64,000 nucleotides of DNA from Candidatus Melainabacteria bacterium (lineage in GTDB: Bacteria; Cyanobacteriota; Vampirovibrionia; Vampirovibrionales; Vampirovibrionaceae), in assembly GCA_902168245.1 (NCBI GenBank), contig CABHPA010000085.1, forward strand, positions 14,805 to 78,804, read 5' to 3'. How positions within the stretch are numbered: the stretch's first letter is position 1; every line of letters starts with the position of its first letter. Positions 1 to 9,576 of the stretch are shown one piece after another. Both the position numbers and the translations under genes were made by a program. The notes under the pieces are model-generated. The model had not been told where the DNA came from and did no database searches. It worked only from the letters and a program-made list of their open reading frames with translations.

Positions 1-483
1 CAACCGCCCCGTTACAGCACCGTCAATTTAAAGGATCTCACCGAAGAGGCGATTCAGGAACTGGGCGACCATCGGCCCGTATCCAAGCATTTCTTCAGGC
101 TGGGCCAACTCGGGATCGAATTGGAGGCGGACGCCGTCCAGATTCGCCAATTGCTCATCAACCTTTTCAGCAACGCCATCAAGTTCCAGAAACCCGGCGC
201 CACGCCTGTTATTCACGTGCATGCCGACCTGCTGCCGAACCATCGCTGCCTGCTGACCATTCAGGATAACGGCATTGGGCTGGAGGGAAAATACCTGGCC
301 CGAATCTTCAAGGCGTTTGAACGCCTGCACAGTTCTGTCGATTATCCCGGCAACGGCATGGGCCTTGCCATTTGCGAACGCATTATTGAGCGCCACAACG
401 GCGCCATTCGGGTAGAAAGCACCTTGGGGGCAGGCACCACGTTCCACATAGAACTGCCGCTTACTCAAGCAAAAAGCTTGTAA
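1..483 (+). CDS. Sensor histidine kinase, C-terminal HATPase_c fragment (5' end outside window)
   Basis: Frame 1 is open from nt 1 to stop at 483. Translation has N/G1/G2-box-like motifs (NLFSNAIKF, DNGIGL, GNGMGLAI) and is paralogous to the C-terminus of the kinase at 17720-19783. Confidence 0.75.
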   Translation, partial: QPPRYSTVNLKDLTEEAIQELGDHRPVSKHFFRLGQLGIELEADAVQIRQLLINLFSNAIKFQKPGATPVIHVHADLLPNHRCLLTIQDNGIGLEGKYLARIFKAFERLHSSVDYPGNGMGLAICERIIERHNGAIRVESTLGAGTTFHIELPLTQAKSL

Positions 484-513
484 AAACCAACAAGCAACGG
501 CAAATTGGTTCTC

Positions 514-1122
514 CTAGCTGCCTGGCGGTGGGTCAGGTGGGGCATTGGCAGTTATATTAACCTGCCCCTTTCCCACCACCAGAATCTGATTGCCCCGCTC
601 ATCGGTATATAACGTACCATCCGGGGAAATACCGTCCGGCAAGCGTTGATCGGGCGGTAATATGTTTCGCATTTGGTACAGCGCTAACATTTGTTTGTCC
701 ACTACATGCTCTGTCTTGGTCCAGCCACCATCGTTCAGGTTCACGATATCCGTCGAGTCCGTCATTAACACCCTGGTCACGTTCTGGTTGGATCCGCCCA
801 CTTGGAAAACATCCGAAGCATTGTCGACGAAATTCAAAATCCCCTCCGAGTTCACTTCATTATTTGGGTGTAGATACCCGCCCGGGCCATATAAATCTGC
901 CGTGGATTTACCATCGGCCCAAGTGTTGATGATGCCCTGTGTACTCAGGTCTCTGACATCCGGAAAAAAATGATTGGGATCAAACGCATTGGCCCTTGCA
1001 AAACTATCCGGCGCATTGGGGAAAGTGGCCAATTGAGGCTTATTGTTTGCAGGCGCTGGCCTGCTGAGCGGTATTTGAACTGCGGCGGGCCGCAGCAGCG
1101 CGTTAAATTGCAAATCAAGCAT
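514..1122 (-). CDS. Hypothetical protein
   Basis: 202-aa ORF with coherent composition, no recognisable domain and no obvious signal peptide. Confidence 0.4.
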   Translation of the reverse strand: MLDLQFNALLRPAAVQIPLSRPAPANNKPQLATFPNAPDSFARANAFDPNHFFPDVRDLSTQGIINTWADGKSTADLYGPGGYLHPNNEVNSEGILNFVDNASDVFQVGGSNQNVTRVLMTDSTDIVNLNDGGWTKTEHVVDKQMLALYQMRNILPPDQRLPDGISPDGTLYTDERGNQILVVGKGQVNITANAPPDPPPGS

Positions 1123-1502
1123 TCTGGCAGCTCTCCTGTTTACTGTTTGCGCTTGCCCTTCAGCAAACGCAAAGTCAAAAATTCATACGCCTAAAGATGA
1201 GAATCAAGCCTACAAAACAGAATTACGAATTCCGCCCTTAAACGACTTAAACGCCTCTCTCTCAAATGGTCTCTACATACAAACAAAACATCGAATTCTT
1301 AAAAATTGTCTTTAATACAAAACGGATCTTTTGTATGTATACCGTGGATTCCAGCTTATTATCCAATTGATGATAGCGCCTTCCGGTTCGCGCCATGGCC
1401 AAGTCATCAGGGCAGGCAGGCGCGTTAGCGGTTTTCAGTCGGGAATGGTATCCTGAATCCCTCACCCGTTTCATTTTCAATGGCAGGCAAGGACGACCAC
1501 AC

Positions 1503-2219
1503 ATGGCCCAGAACTCTTCGGAAAAGCCCAAGGCATGGATGGCCTGGAGCAGCGGAAAGGACAGCGCATGGGCGCTCCACACCGCCCGGCTGGCAGGCGA
1601 GGTTGAGATTATTGGCCTGATGACCACCGTAACCACCCAGTACAATCGCATTAGCATGCACGGGGTGCGCAAGGCGCTGTTAATGGCCCAGGCAGAAGCA
1701 TTGGGCCTGCCGCTCTATTGCGTGGGCATTCCCACCCCATGCGCCAATCAGCAATATGAGGCCAGCATGCGAGAAACGCTTGCGGTGGCGGCATCTCAGG
1801 GGGTTACGCAGATTGTGTTTGGGGATTTGTTTTTGCAGGATCTGAAAGAATACCGGGAGCAAAACCTAGCCACCGTGGGCATGCAGGCTTATTTTCCGTT
1901 ATGGCGACGGGATACGGCCAGCCTGGCGCAAGAAATGGTGCAAGGCGGCCTGCAAGCACACCTGACCTGTATTGACCCCAAAAAAGTGCCTACCGACTTG
2001 GCCGGACATGCTTTTAACCAGGAATTACTGACCAAACTACCGGCCAGCGTAGACCCTTGCGGTGAAAACGGCGAGTTTCACAGCTTTGTTTGGGACGGCC
2101 CCATGTTCAACCAGCCCATTCCCCTAACGCAAGGCGAAACGGTTGAGCGGGACGGCTTTATATTTACCGACTTTTTACCGGCCAGCGCTAAAGCACCTAT
2201 GGAGTGCCTGGCACCGTAA
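1503..2219 (+). CDS. PP-loop ATP pyrophosphatase, Dph6-related/MJ0570-like
   Basis: SGKDS PP-loop motif (WMAWSSGKDSAWAL) near the N-terminus. ATG at 1503 chosen over the upstream 1395 start; about 238 aa, typical for the family. Confidence 0.6.
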   Translation: MAQNSSEKPKAWMAWSSGKDSAWALHTARLAGEVEIIGLMTTVTTQYNRISMHGVRKALLMAQAEALGLPLYCVGIPTPCANQQYEASMRETLAVAASQGVTQIVFGDLFLQDLKEYREQNLATVGMQAYFPLWRRDTASLAQEMVQGGLQAHLTCIDPKKVPTDLAGHAFNQELLTKLPASVDPCGENGEFHSFVWDGPMFNQPIPLTQGETVERDGFIFTDFLPASAKAPMECLAP

Positions 2220-3072
2220 ACTCGCACGTGGATTGAATGGCCGGTTGCAAATTGCGCTCATCCACCAGACTCAATTCCATCTGGTAATTGCCGGGTTCCG
2301 GTTTGGACACCTTGGCGGATTCCAGCAGATTCTCCACCGTGCGCTTCATGCCCGGAAACACGATTAACAGCGTGGAATTCTGCATGTGCAGCACATCCAG
2401 TATCTGGCTGGCGCCGGAAGCGGATTTATGGCTAAGCACAATGTTGCCAAACAGGCGGGCATGCTTGGCACCGCTATTGCTCAGACCCAGGTTCACCAAA
2501 AACTGGCGCTTTTCCGGCAGATAGCCACACCGAAAGCTTTCCACCTTTGGGGTGGGCTGGGGATTCCCCTTGTAAACATACACGGTGGTGGTAAACACCG
2601 GAACCACGTCCAGAATATTGCTGACGTTTCCGTTTGCCTTGCGCGCTTCTGGCTCCAGCAGGCTGGTGGGCTGGAAATAAAGCTGAAACGGGTACTCGGC
2701 ATTCACGGCATCCGGCGGGGTTTTCACAATAAAGCGCACCAGTCGGGATTTTCCCGGCAGCAACTCGAATTCCTCCGGGTTGATGCCGGTATTCTCCAGC
2801 AGGTTGTAGCCCGCTTGCGGCGGATCATCGTATACCAATACCCCTTGCTCACTGAGATGCCAGAGCTTGGGGATGACTTTCAGGCGAATTGGGCGATTGC
2901 TGTTGCTGCTGACTTTGACCACGCCCGATGCGGTTCCGGTGGCCGGGGCCACCTGGAGTTCCAGCCGGGAAGAGTCCAGGTAATAACTGGAAGTTGAGGC
3001 CATTCCAACCGGCATGGCCGTCAAAATGAGACCCAGAACCTGAGCCAGTATGCACAAGAACTTCTTTATCAT
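2197..3072 (-). CDS. Putative periplasmic pilus chaperone (two Ig-like domains) of the SCPU/Csu-type locus
   Basis: Signal peptide, about 290 aa, located immediately downstream of the SCPU-domain pilin genes on the same strand. Domain assignment by eye only. Confidence 0.4.
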   Translation of the reverse strand: MIKKFLCILAQVLGLILTAMPVGMASTSSYYLDSSRLELQVAPATGTASGVVKVSSNSNRPIRLKVIPKLWHLSEQGVLVYDDPPQAGYNLLENTGINPEEFELLPGKSRLVRFIVKTPPDAVNAEYPFQLYFQPTSLLEPEARKANGNVSNILDVVPVFTTTVYVYKGNPQPTPKVESFRCGYLPEKRQFLVNLGLSNSGAKHARLFGNIVLSHKSASGASQILDVLHMQNSTLLIVFPGMKRTVENLLESAKVSKPEPGNYQMELSLVDERNLQPAIQSTCEFTVPGTP

Positions 3073-3183
3073 CGGGAGTGCTTTCCTTTCCTCCAGTGTG
3101 TCATGTTGAATCTTTCAAAAACGGACGGCAAACGGGCGACGTAAACCGCTATTGCTCAATTTTGATTCATATCAGGCAACTAG

Positions 3184-4116
3184 TCAGATGGTAGACCAGG
3201 CAAACGTGACGGGGGCGCTGGTGTAGGTTCCAGCGGGAGTATTGTTGGTTGTGCTTCCGGAATACCGCACCTGTACCTTGGCGGGCGTTGAATTAATGCT
3301 GGCCGTAAAGCCCCCGCCCGCCGTACCGGAAATTGCGCTAACCGAGCCATCCGGCGAAGTGACGGTTGATTGCAGCGTGGCGGAAAGGTTACTAGCGCCA
3401 TTGGTCAGCGTAATCGTCCCCGGCGAAAAGACATTCTGGTTGCTGGGCGAAACCTGGCCGGGGTTGCCGCCGGAAATCGTGCAAACCACATCCAGGCTAA
3501 ACGGCCCGCCTCCGGCGGTGGCGTTTACAGTGGGGCTGGCGCAACTGACCGATACCGGGCTGGAAGCCACGCTGACGCTCATGGAAGTAGTGGCCGTACC
3601 GGAAAACACCTGCTGGTTACAGGCAGGGTTCGTGCAAATGCGGTAACGGTAATAAGCCGGGGTTAAAAAAGCGTTATAGGTTCCGGCAGGCGTTGCGCTG
3701 CTGGTAGTAACCGAATACTGAAAACTCAGGTTTTTGGGCGCGGAGGAACTGGACAAACGCGCGGTAAAGCCGCTACTGGTGCCAGAGATTGAAGTCACCG
3801 TACCATCCGGAGAAGTAACGGGCGCTTGCAGCCGGGCCGTCAGGAAACTCAGCCCTTTGCTGAGGTACACCGTGGCAGGAGCCATAAAATTGTTGGTGCT
3901 GCCTGTAATCTGGTAATTGCTATCCGCATCCGGCGCATCAATCAAGCAGTTAACGGTAATAGTACCCGTGCTGCCCGGAGCAACCGAAACCGTCGGGCTG
4001 GCGCAGGCCACCGAGGCAGGGGCATCGCCACTATCGTTATCGGCCCTGGCAGAGGGCGCGAGGCAGCACAAAAAGACCGCGACGAGCGTAAAAATCAAGG
4101 CTTGAAGTCTTTTCAT
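3184..4116 (-). CDS. Tandem spore-coat-protein-U (SCPU) domain protein, putative pilus tip/adhesin subunit
   Basis: Signal peptide. Two internal repeats each with C-x-SPTV ... TVTSPDG.V..ISGT motifs. C-terminal FAWSTI matches the pilin at 4734-5213 (TYTWSTI). Confidence 0.6.
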   Translation of the reverse strand: MKRLQALIFTLVAVFLCCLAPSARADNDSGDAPASVACASPTVSVAPGSTGTITVNCLIDAPDADSNYQITGSTNNFMAPATVYLSKGLSFLTARLQAPVTSPDGTVTSISGTSSGFTARLSSSSAPKNLSFQYSVTTSSATPAGTYNAFLTPAYYRYRICTNPACNQQVFSGTATTSMSVSVASSPVSVSCASPTVNATAGGGPFSLDVVCTISGGNPGQVSPSNQNVFSPGTITLTNGASNLSATLQSTVTSPDGSVSAISGTAGGGFTASINSTPAKVQVRYSGSTTNNTPAGTYTSAPVTFAWSTI

Positions 4117-4230
4117 CCCGAACCTCCATCACTGCACCATCGGGAGTACTGAAGCTATTATAGCCCTTTTAACGGCATATGAGCCGGTGGGGTTCTCCGT
4201 TTTCCGCATTGCAAGCAGTCGCTTAAAAAC

Positions 4231-4506
4231 CTAAATAGCCACCCACACCCGGTAGGTTATTCCGCCTGTCTTTTGGGTCAGACTGATGTTGGTATCCTCA
4301 TCATAACGGTTAAACAGGGACGCATTTTGGGGATTGGGTGCTTTTGCGGCCACCAGATTCATATCGCCTGGCGGCACAAATAACGACATAACCGCCTGAC
4401 TACTGCCATTTTCAGCATAGGCAGGGATCGTGAAACCCGCTCCCGACAGAAACAGCATAGCTGCCAGCAGCATTCGATTAACGCGTAAAAATTCGCGTGA
4501 TTCCAT
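4231..4506 (-). CDS. Small secreted protein, possible degenerate pilin-like subunit
   Basis: Signal peptide (LLAAMLFLSGAGFTIPAYA). C-terminal ...TYRVWVAI resembles the SCPU C-terminal strand. Lies between the pilin and tandem-SCPU genes. Confidence 0.35.
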   Translation of the reverse strand: MESREFLRVNRMLLAAMLFLSGAGFTIPAYAENGSSQAVMSLFVPPGDMNLVAAKAPNPQNASLFNRYDEDTNISLTQKTGGITYRVWVAI

Positions 4507-4604
4507 GGCGATTAACCCTCTCTCTCAATCGTGGGTATTGGATAAAACCACCTACTACATACTGATTACTTCAAACAGATGAACTTGCCTGTCGCGGAAT
4601 TGCC

Positions 4605-4646
4605 CACAAAAAAACAACAGGGCATTCCAAACCTGGATACCCTGTT
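4605..4646 (-). terminator. Rho-independent terminator downstream of the major pilin gene
   Basis: On the minus strand: hairpin aacaggg...ccctgtt (4616-4646) followed by a U-run (plus-strand A-run 4605-4613). Confidence 0.6.
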
Positions 4647-4733
4647 GTCGATAAATATAGATTTTCCTGAAGGGGTTAGGGGTTAATTGTCAATTTTTTG
4701 TAACAGTTCCTGGAAAACCCTCTGCCAGCCCGT

Positions 4734-5213
4734 CTAGATGGTAGACCAGGTGTAGGTGGTGGTGCCGGTATAGGTACCGGACTTGGTGGCGGAAGTGGTG
4801 CTTACATTGTAGGTAGCCTGCACTTTAGCGGGCAGGGAACCGACGGTGCCGGAGAACCCGCTGCTGCTGCCGCTGATGGAAGTTACCGTGGAATCCGGGG
4901 AAGTAACCGAGTTTTGCAGAGAGGCGGTTAAGGTATTGCTGCCGCTAGTTAAAGTAACGCTGCCGGGGCCAAAGGAGTTGGAGGTTCCGCTGGCTAGGTT
5001 GTTGGGGTTTCCGCTGATGCTGCACGTTACCGTCAGGCTGTTGGTGCCAACTTCTGCCGTAACGGAAGGGCTGCTACAGGACACAACGGTTTGCACCGGC
5101 ACAACCAGGGTCATGGTGGCGCTGGCGGTTCCGCTATCGGCATTTGCGGAAATCATGGAAGATGCAAAGAGGATCAGAACGAGTGAAGAGAGGGCGGCTA
5201 CTAATTTTTTCAT
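4734..5213 (-). CDS. SCPU-domain (Csu-type) major pilin subunit
   Basis: About 159 aa with signal peptide (MKKLVAALSSLVLILFASSMISANA), single SCPU domain, TYTWSTI C-terminus. ATG at 5213 with AAGGAA upstream; the track's 5246 start is a TTG. Confidence 0.65.
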   Translation of the reverse strand: MKKLVAALSSLVLILFASSMISANADSGTASATMTLVVPVQTVVSCSSPSVTAEVGTNSLTVTCSISGNPNNLASGTSNSFGPGSVTLTSGSNTLTASLQNSVTSPDSTVTSISGSSSGFSGTVGSLPAKVQATYNVSTTSATKSGTYTGTTTYTWSTI

Positions 5214-5613
5214 TTTTAAATTCCTTACTTTCCTTGCCCGTTGCAATATCGCACCTGGTTAAAGTGCTGTTTGCTTCTAGACAACGCTTTTCAACCACAC
5301 TTTCAATTTATATTGTTTTTAAAGCAATTGGATCGACCGAAGGATCTACTTCCACAAGTGAGTCTTTACATTATATAATGGACTTTGGAAAGTGATTGAA
5401 GAAAAAATTTGAACCGGCCAATTCGTCCCTGGCTGGCGCTAGTTGTAGTTGAGCTATCTGAACTCTTTGTGATGCCGCTGCTTTTTCCGTGCAGCCGGAG
5501 CAAGCCTTTTAGCAGTGGAATACTCTTTGTGTGTGTGTCCGGTACGGGCTTTACCGCCGGGAAAGCGTGAGCCGCATTTTAGAAAAGCCAGGAAAGCGTC
5601 CCTCGTTCAACCC

Positions 5614-8600
5614 ATGCTGTTCTGTTTTGGCAAATTATTCCATTCAACCCGAACATTTTCGTTCGGGGCAATTCTGCTTTTTCTGCTGGCATTTCAGCCA
5701 GCGACTTTCGCGCAGGCAACGCAAGCCATCCCCTCGGCCACTTCCAATGCCGTCAGCGCCAGCCCAGCGGGGAGTATTGAGGATATTCAACCCAGCTTCA
5801 TCACCCTGTCTCTTTCCGACAGTCTCTCAATGGACACCGAAATCATTCAATGGCCGGATGGCAGCTTCTCCATTCCGGTTAAAACCTTTGCCGCGCTTTT
5901 CGATATTGCCGTCCAGCAATCCGAGGACGACCAGCGGCTTTTTTATGTAGACCCAACGACCCAGCAGCGCGTGGACATTTACTGGGGCCAGCAGCGCATT
6001 TCGGTAAACGATCGGGATTTACCGCCCGGCAAACATCCTATTATCCGAAGCACTCGCGGCCTGCTGATCAAGGACGATGCATACCTGGATCAGAGCGTGT
6101 TTAGCAGCCTGTTCCAGGTCAACTTCACTTTTGACAACGACACCACCACCCTCTCGCTTTCCACCAGCCGCAAGCTGAAGCTACCCAGAACCGACGACGA
6201 CAGCGCAATAACCGACACCAGCGACGCCAACACCCGGTTTATTCGCAACCCGGAAATCAGCCGCAGCCTGATCGACAAGGTTTACGTACACCACACCAGC
6301 AATTATGGCTACCAGGTTTCCCAGCAGCCGGTGGGCCTGCAAAACCGAATCGACAACACCTACTTCACCTCTCTCATCGATTCTTCCACCGTGGGCGCAA
6401 GCGGCTCCCTGTTTGGCCTGAACTATTACGTAAAGCCTACTTTCATGCGCTACAACAAGAAAACGAACTTTCAGCAAGTGGACTGGTCTTTGTACCGTGA
6501 GGGTAAAAACAACGTCATCAGCGTGGGCAGCACCGATGCGGGCCTTAGCGCCCTGACCAGCCCCACGTTAAACATTTGGGGGCTTAAATTCGCCTCCCGC
6601 AATGCGACCACGCCCACCCTCATTTCCAAGCCCAGTTATGAATTCATGGGCAACGCCAGCAACGGCAACCAGTTCACCGTACACCTGAACCAGCGCACCC
6701 TGCAAACCGTCACCGCGCGGGATAACACCTACGAATTCGAGCCGGTTTATTTGCAGCCCCAAACCGTTAACCAAATCCAGATTACCGAAAAAGACAGCCA
6801 GAACCAGGAAACAGTGGTACTGAACAAAACCGTGGCCAATTTTTCCAACATGCTGCCCAAGGGGGAAACGGCCTATTCCGGCTTTCTGGGGCGCGTTCCC
6901 ATCCAGTTCTACCCGCTGATTCCCAATCAAAAAACCCCGATGCGCCTGCCGCAATCGGAAAAGTGGCTGAGCGGCGGGCGCGTTTTTTACGGCTTGGCAA
7001 ACCGGCTGACGATTGGAGTATCCGGCGCGGCAGACCATATTTTTGGCGATCCCAAGACCTATTACACCAGCCTGAACCCCTTATCGGTCGATTTAACCGG
7101 CTTTAGCAGCTACCAGCGGGACGCCAACTTTTTCAGCGGACAAAACGCATCCGCCACCCTGCGGTACCAATTGACCGATCGTTGGCTGGTAACGACCGAT
7201 GTGGGCCTTGGCCGCATGAATATGAAGCCCGGCCCCCTGCTGAATATTCCGCATACCGCCACGGGCAAGGCCGGGCAAGTGCACCTGGAACGGCAAGGCT
7301 CCCGGTTGTCATGGTATATGGATGGCTTTCGCTACGATCCGTACTATTACACCCCTACTGTTGCGCTGTATGGCAACAATTTATACGACAAGCAGGGCGT
7401 CGGCGGCGGCGTGAACGGCACGCTCAGCAAGTTTTTCCCGGTGAGCTACAGTTTTAACTGGAGCCGCTACCAGACCAACCTGGAGCGCCTGATTCCCGGT
7501 GGATTGATTAACGCAAACCGCTGGGGTGGCAGTCTGAACAGCCAGATTACCCGTAAGAATATGCTGGGCGCCACGCTGGGCTGGGTGACGGGTACCAACC
7601 ACGAGCGGGAATTCCTGCAACGCTCGCTGGATCTCAGTTGGCGCACCCAATCGCTGCCGCTTGGCATGCAAGGCGATGTGAGGGCCAGCCACTACTTTAC
7701 CAACACACTGTTTTATCCTTCCAAAACGCTGGGCACCGATTTGATTGATTCCCCATACAAAAACAACAGCCTGGAAACCAGCTTGGACATTCCGCTGGAT
7801 AAACGGCGACAAAGCCACTTTAAAATGGGCAACCGGGTTTCCACCTTTGTAAATTACAGCTATTTGCAAGGCTTTTTCCAGTTCAGGCAGTTTTTTGTGG
7901 AACCACTGATCCAGCGCAGCTATGGGGATAGACCCCAGATACAAAACCGCATTGGCGTTAAGGTCGGCTACCAAATGAAAAGCGGCGCCCAATTCAGCCT
8001 CTCCTATTACCGGTTGAACAGCGCCTTTCAGCCGTCGACCGGCTCATTGCCCGCTTCCAAAACGGACACCGACCAGTTTTATGTGGATTTCAACGATGTG
8101 CTGGGCCTGCTGGCCAACCGCTTGCAGTCGCTTGGCCCCAACGGCGATGCCACGGGCGTACTGAGCGGCACCCTGTTCGCCGATTACCAGCCGGACGGAA
8201 AAATGGCGAAGAACGAGCCGGGCGTTAAAAACATCAAGCTGATGATCGACAAACAGCAGGTGGTCACCACCGATGAAAAGGGCCGTTACCGCTTATCGGG
8301 CTTGTCTCCCGGTTATCACTCCATTGAAATTCTGCCCGAAGAATTGCCCTTGACCATGAGCGCGGAAAACCCGATTTACCGGGTAAAAATTCGCGAAGGC
8401 AAGAGTCATCGCCTGAACATTGCGCTTATGCCCGAAGGCGGGACGCTCAGCGGGCAACTGGAGTTGGTGGACGCGGGCGGAAAGCCCGTTGCACCCAAGA
8501 ACATGACCCTGGTTTTGCTCAGCCCGGACGGCCAAAGCCTGAAATACACCGCCGTGGATGGCAGCGGGCAATACAAGTTCAGCAACGTCCCGTCCGGGCG

Positions 8601-8748
8601 TTACCAAATTGACCTGGAATCCAAAATAAAAGGCAGCGGGCGCTACAAACTTCTGGAAACCCCATCAGCCGTGGAAGTGACTGTTCCCCGCAACTATGAC
8701 GAAAGCGTGGAAATTAAAAAGCTCAATTTCAAGCTACTCGCGCTTTAA
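5614..8748 (+). CDS. Large outer-membrane beta-barrel protein, putative fimbrial usher with C-terminal carboxypeptidase-regulatory-like Ig domains
   Basis: ATG at 5614 gives signal peptide MLFCFGKLF...ATFAQA. About 1044 aa with beta-strand-rich alternating pattern and two GxY...G.Y CarbopepD_reg-like motifs near the C-terminus. Divergent from the pilin genes. Confidence 0.45.
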   Translation: MLFCFGKLFHSTRTFSFGAILLFLLAFQPATFAQATQAIPSATSNAVSASPAGSIEDIQPSFITLSLSDSLSMDTEIIQWPDGSFSIPVKTFAALFDIAVQQSEDDQRLFYVDPTTQQRVDIYWGQQRISVNDRDLPPGKHPIIRSTRGLLIKDDAYLDQSVFSSLFQVNFTFDNDTTTLSLSTSRKLKLPRTDDDSAITDTSDANTRFIRNPEISRSLIDKVYVHHTSNYGYQVSQQPVGLQNRIDNTYFTSLIDSSTVGASGSLFGLNYYVKPTFMRYNKKTNFQQVDWSLYREGKNNVISVGSTDAGLSALTSPTLNIWGLKFASRNATTPTLISKPSYEFMGNASNGNQFTVHLNQRTLQTVTARDNTYEFEPVYLQPQTVNQIQITEKDSQNQETVVLNKTVANFSNMLPKGETAYSGFLGRVPIQFYPLIPNQKTPMRLPQSEKWLSGGRVFYGLANRLTIGVSGAADHIFGDPKTYYTSLNPLSVDLTGFSSYQRDANFFSGQNASATLRYQLTDRWLVTTDVGLGRMNMKPGPLLNIPHTATGKAGQVHLERQGSRLSWYMDGFRYDPYYYTPTVALYGNNLYDKQGVGGGVNGTLSKFFPVSYSFNWSRYQTNLERLIPGGLINANRWGGSLNSQITRKNMLGATLGWVTGTNHEREFLQRSLDLSWRTQSLPLGMQGDVRASHYFTNTLFYPSKTLGTDLIDSPYKNNSLETSLDIPLDKRRQSHFKMGNRVSTFVNYSYLQGFFQFRQFFVEPLIQRSYGDRPQIQNRIGVKVGYQMKSGAQFSLSYYRLNSAFQPSTGSLPASKTDTDQFYVDFNDVLGLLANRLQSLGPNGDATGVLSGTLFADYQPDGKMAKNEPGVKNIKLMIDKQQVVTTDEKGRYRLSGLSPGYHSIEILPEELPLTMSAENPIYRVKIREGKSHRLNIALMPEGGTLSGQLELVDAGGKPVAPKNMTLVLLSPDGQSLKYTAVDGSGQYKFSNVPSGRYQIDLESKIKGSGRYKLLETPSAVEVTVPRNYDESVEIKKLNFKLLAL

Positions 8749-8763
8749 TCACTGCCCTGACAG

Positions 8764-9132
8764 CTATTCGACCACCAGGACGCCCTGGGCACTATTTGGG
8801 TGCAATTCCCCGAAAAAGGCGTATGCCCCAGCCTCCAGCGGATCCAGGAAAATCGTCACCCGTGTTCCGGGCGGAATCGCTTTTTCGCGTTTCAGGGCCG
8901 GGCTTTCGAATTCCTCCGGCGTTTCGTCCTTGTTCAGCACCAACAGCTTAATCCGCTTGCCCGCAGGCACATGCAATTCAGACGGCGTGAACTGGTTATT
9001 TTCAAGGGTCAGCTTCATTTCCACATCGTTGTTCGCATGGCTACCCGCAAGACTGCTTGCGCCCAGCGAGGTAAAGCTAAACGCCAACACGCCCAACAGC
9101 AGGCTTACCGCGATTCTGGTCAATTGCGTCAT
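8764..9132 (-). CDS. Cupredoxin-like domain protein (secreted)
   Basis: Signal peptide; about 100-aa beta-sandwich pattern resembling PF13473 cupredoxin_1; no Cys ligand. Confidence 0.5.
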   Translation of the reverse strand: MTQLTRIAVSLLLGVLAFSFTSLGASSLAGSHANNDVEMKLTLENNQFTPSELHVPAGKRIKLLVLNKDETPEEFESPALKREKAIPPGTRVTIFLDPLEAGAYAFFGELHPNSAQGVLVVE

Positions 9133-9159
9133 GGCTTTGCAAATGCCTCCAAATTTTGA

Positions 9160-9576
9160 TTAGGGACTATTCTTGGGATCGGTAATAAACCCGATTTTGG
9201 CCAACCCGCCACTCTGTGCGGCGGCCATCACCTGTGCCACGCGCTCATACGGGGTACGACGCTCGGCATATAAATGCAACTCCGGCTGGGGCTGTTTGGC
9301 AGCGGCAACCGCAATGCGTTCCGGCAACTGGGCCAGCGTTACTTTAGCGCCATCCCAATCAATGCTGCCGTCGGCGTTAATCGCCAGCTTGATATGCGGC
9401 GGCGTGGCATCGTGCGCGCGGTTGACGGCGCGCGGCAAGTCCAGCTTCACGGAATGCTGGATGACCGGCACCGTAATCATGAAAATAATCAGCAACACCA
9501 GCATCACATCCACCAGGGGCGTCATGTTGATTTCGCTCATCACCTCATCGTCTTCCAGGCTGCTCCCAAAACTCAT
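9160..9576 (-). CDS. exbD: Biopolymer transport protein ExbD/TolR
   Basis: INMTPLVDVMLVLLIIF motif, single TM, about 135 aa. Confidence 0.85.
   Translation of the reverse strand: MSFGSSLEDDEVMSEINMTPLVDVMLVLLIIFMITVPVIQHSVKLDLPRAVNRAHDATPPHIKLAINADGSIDWDGAKVTLAQLPERIAVAAAKQPQPELHLYAERRTPYERVAQVMAAAQSGGLAKIGFITDPKNSP

Noticed and set aside
2386-2997. 203-aa plus-strand ORF overlapping the putative chaperone gene
   Set aside because: Antisense artefact; the minus-strand product has a signal peptide and fits the pilus locus.
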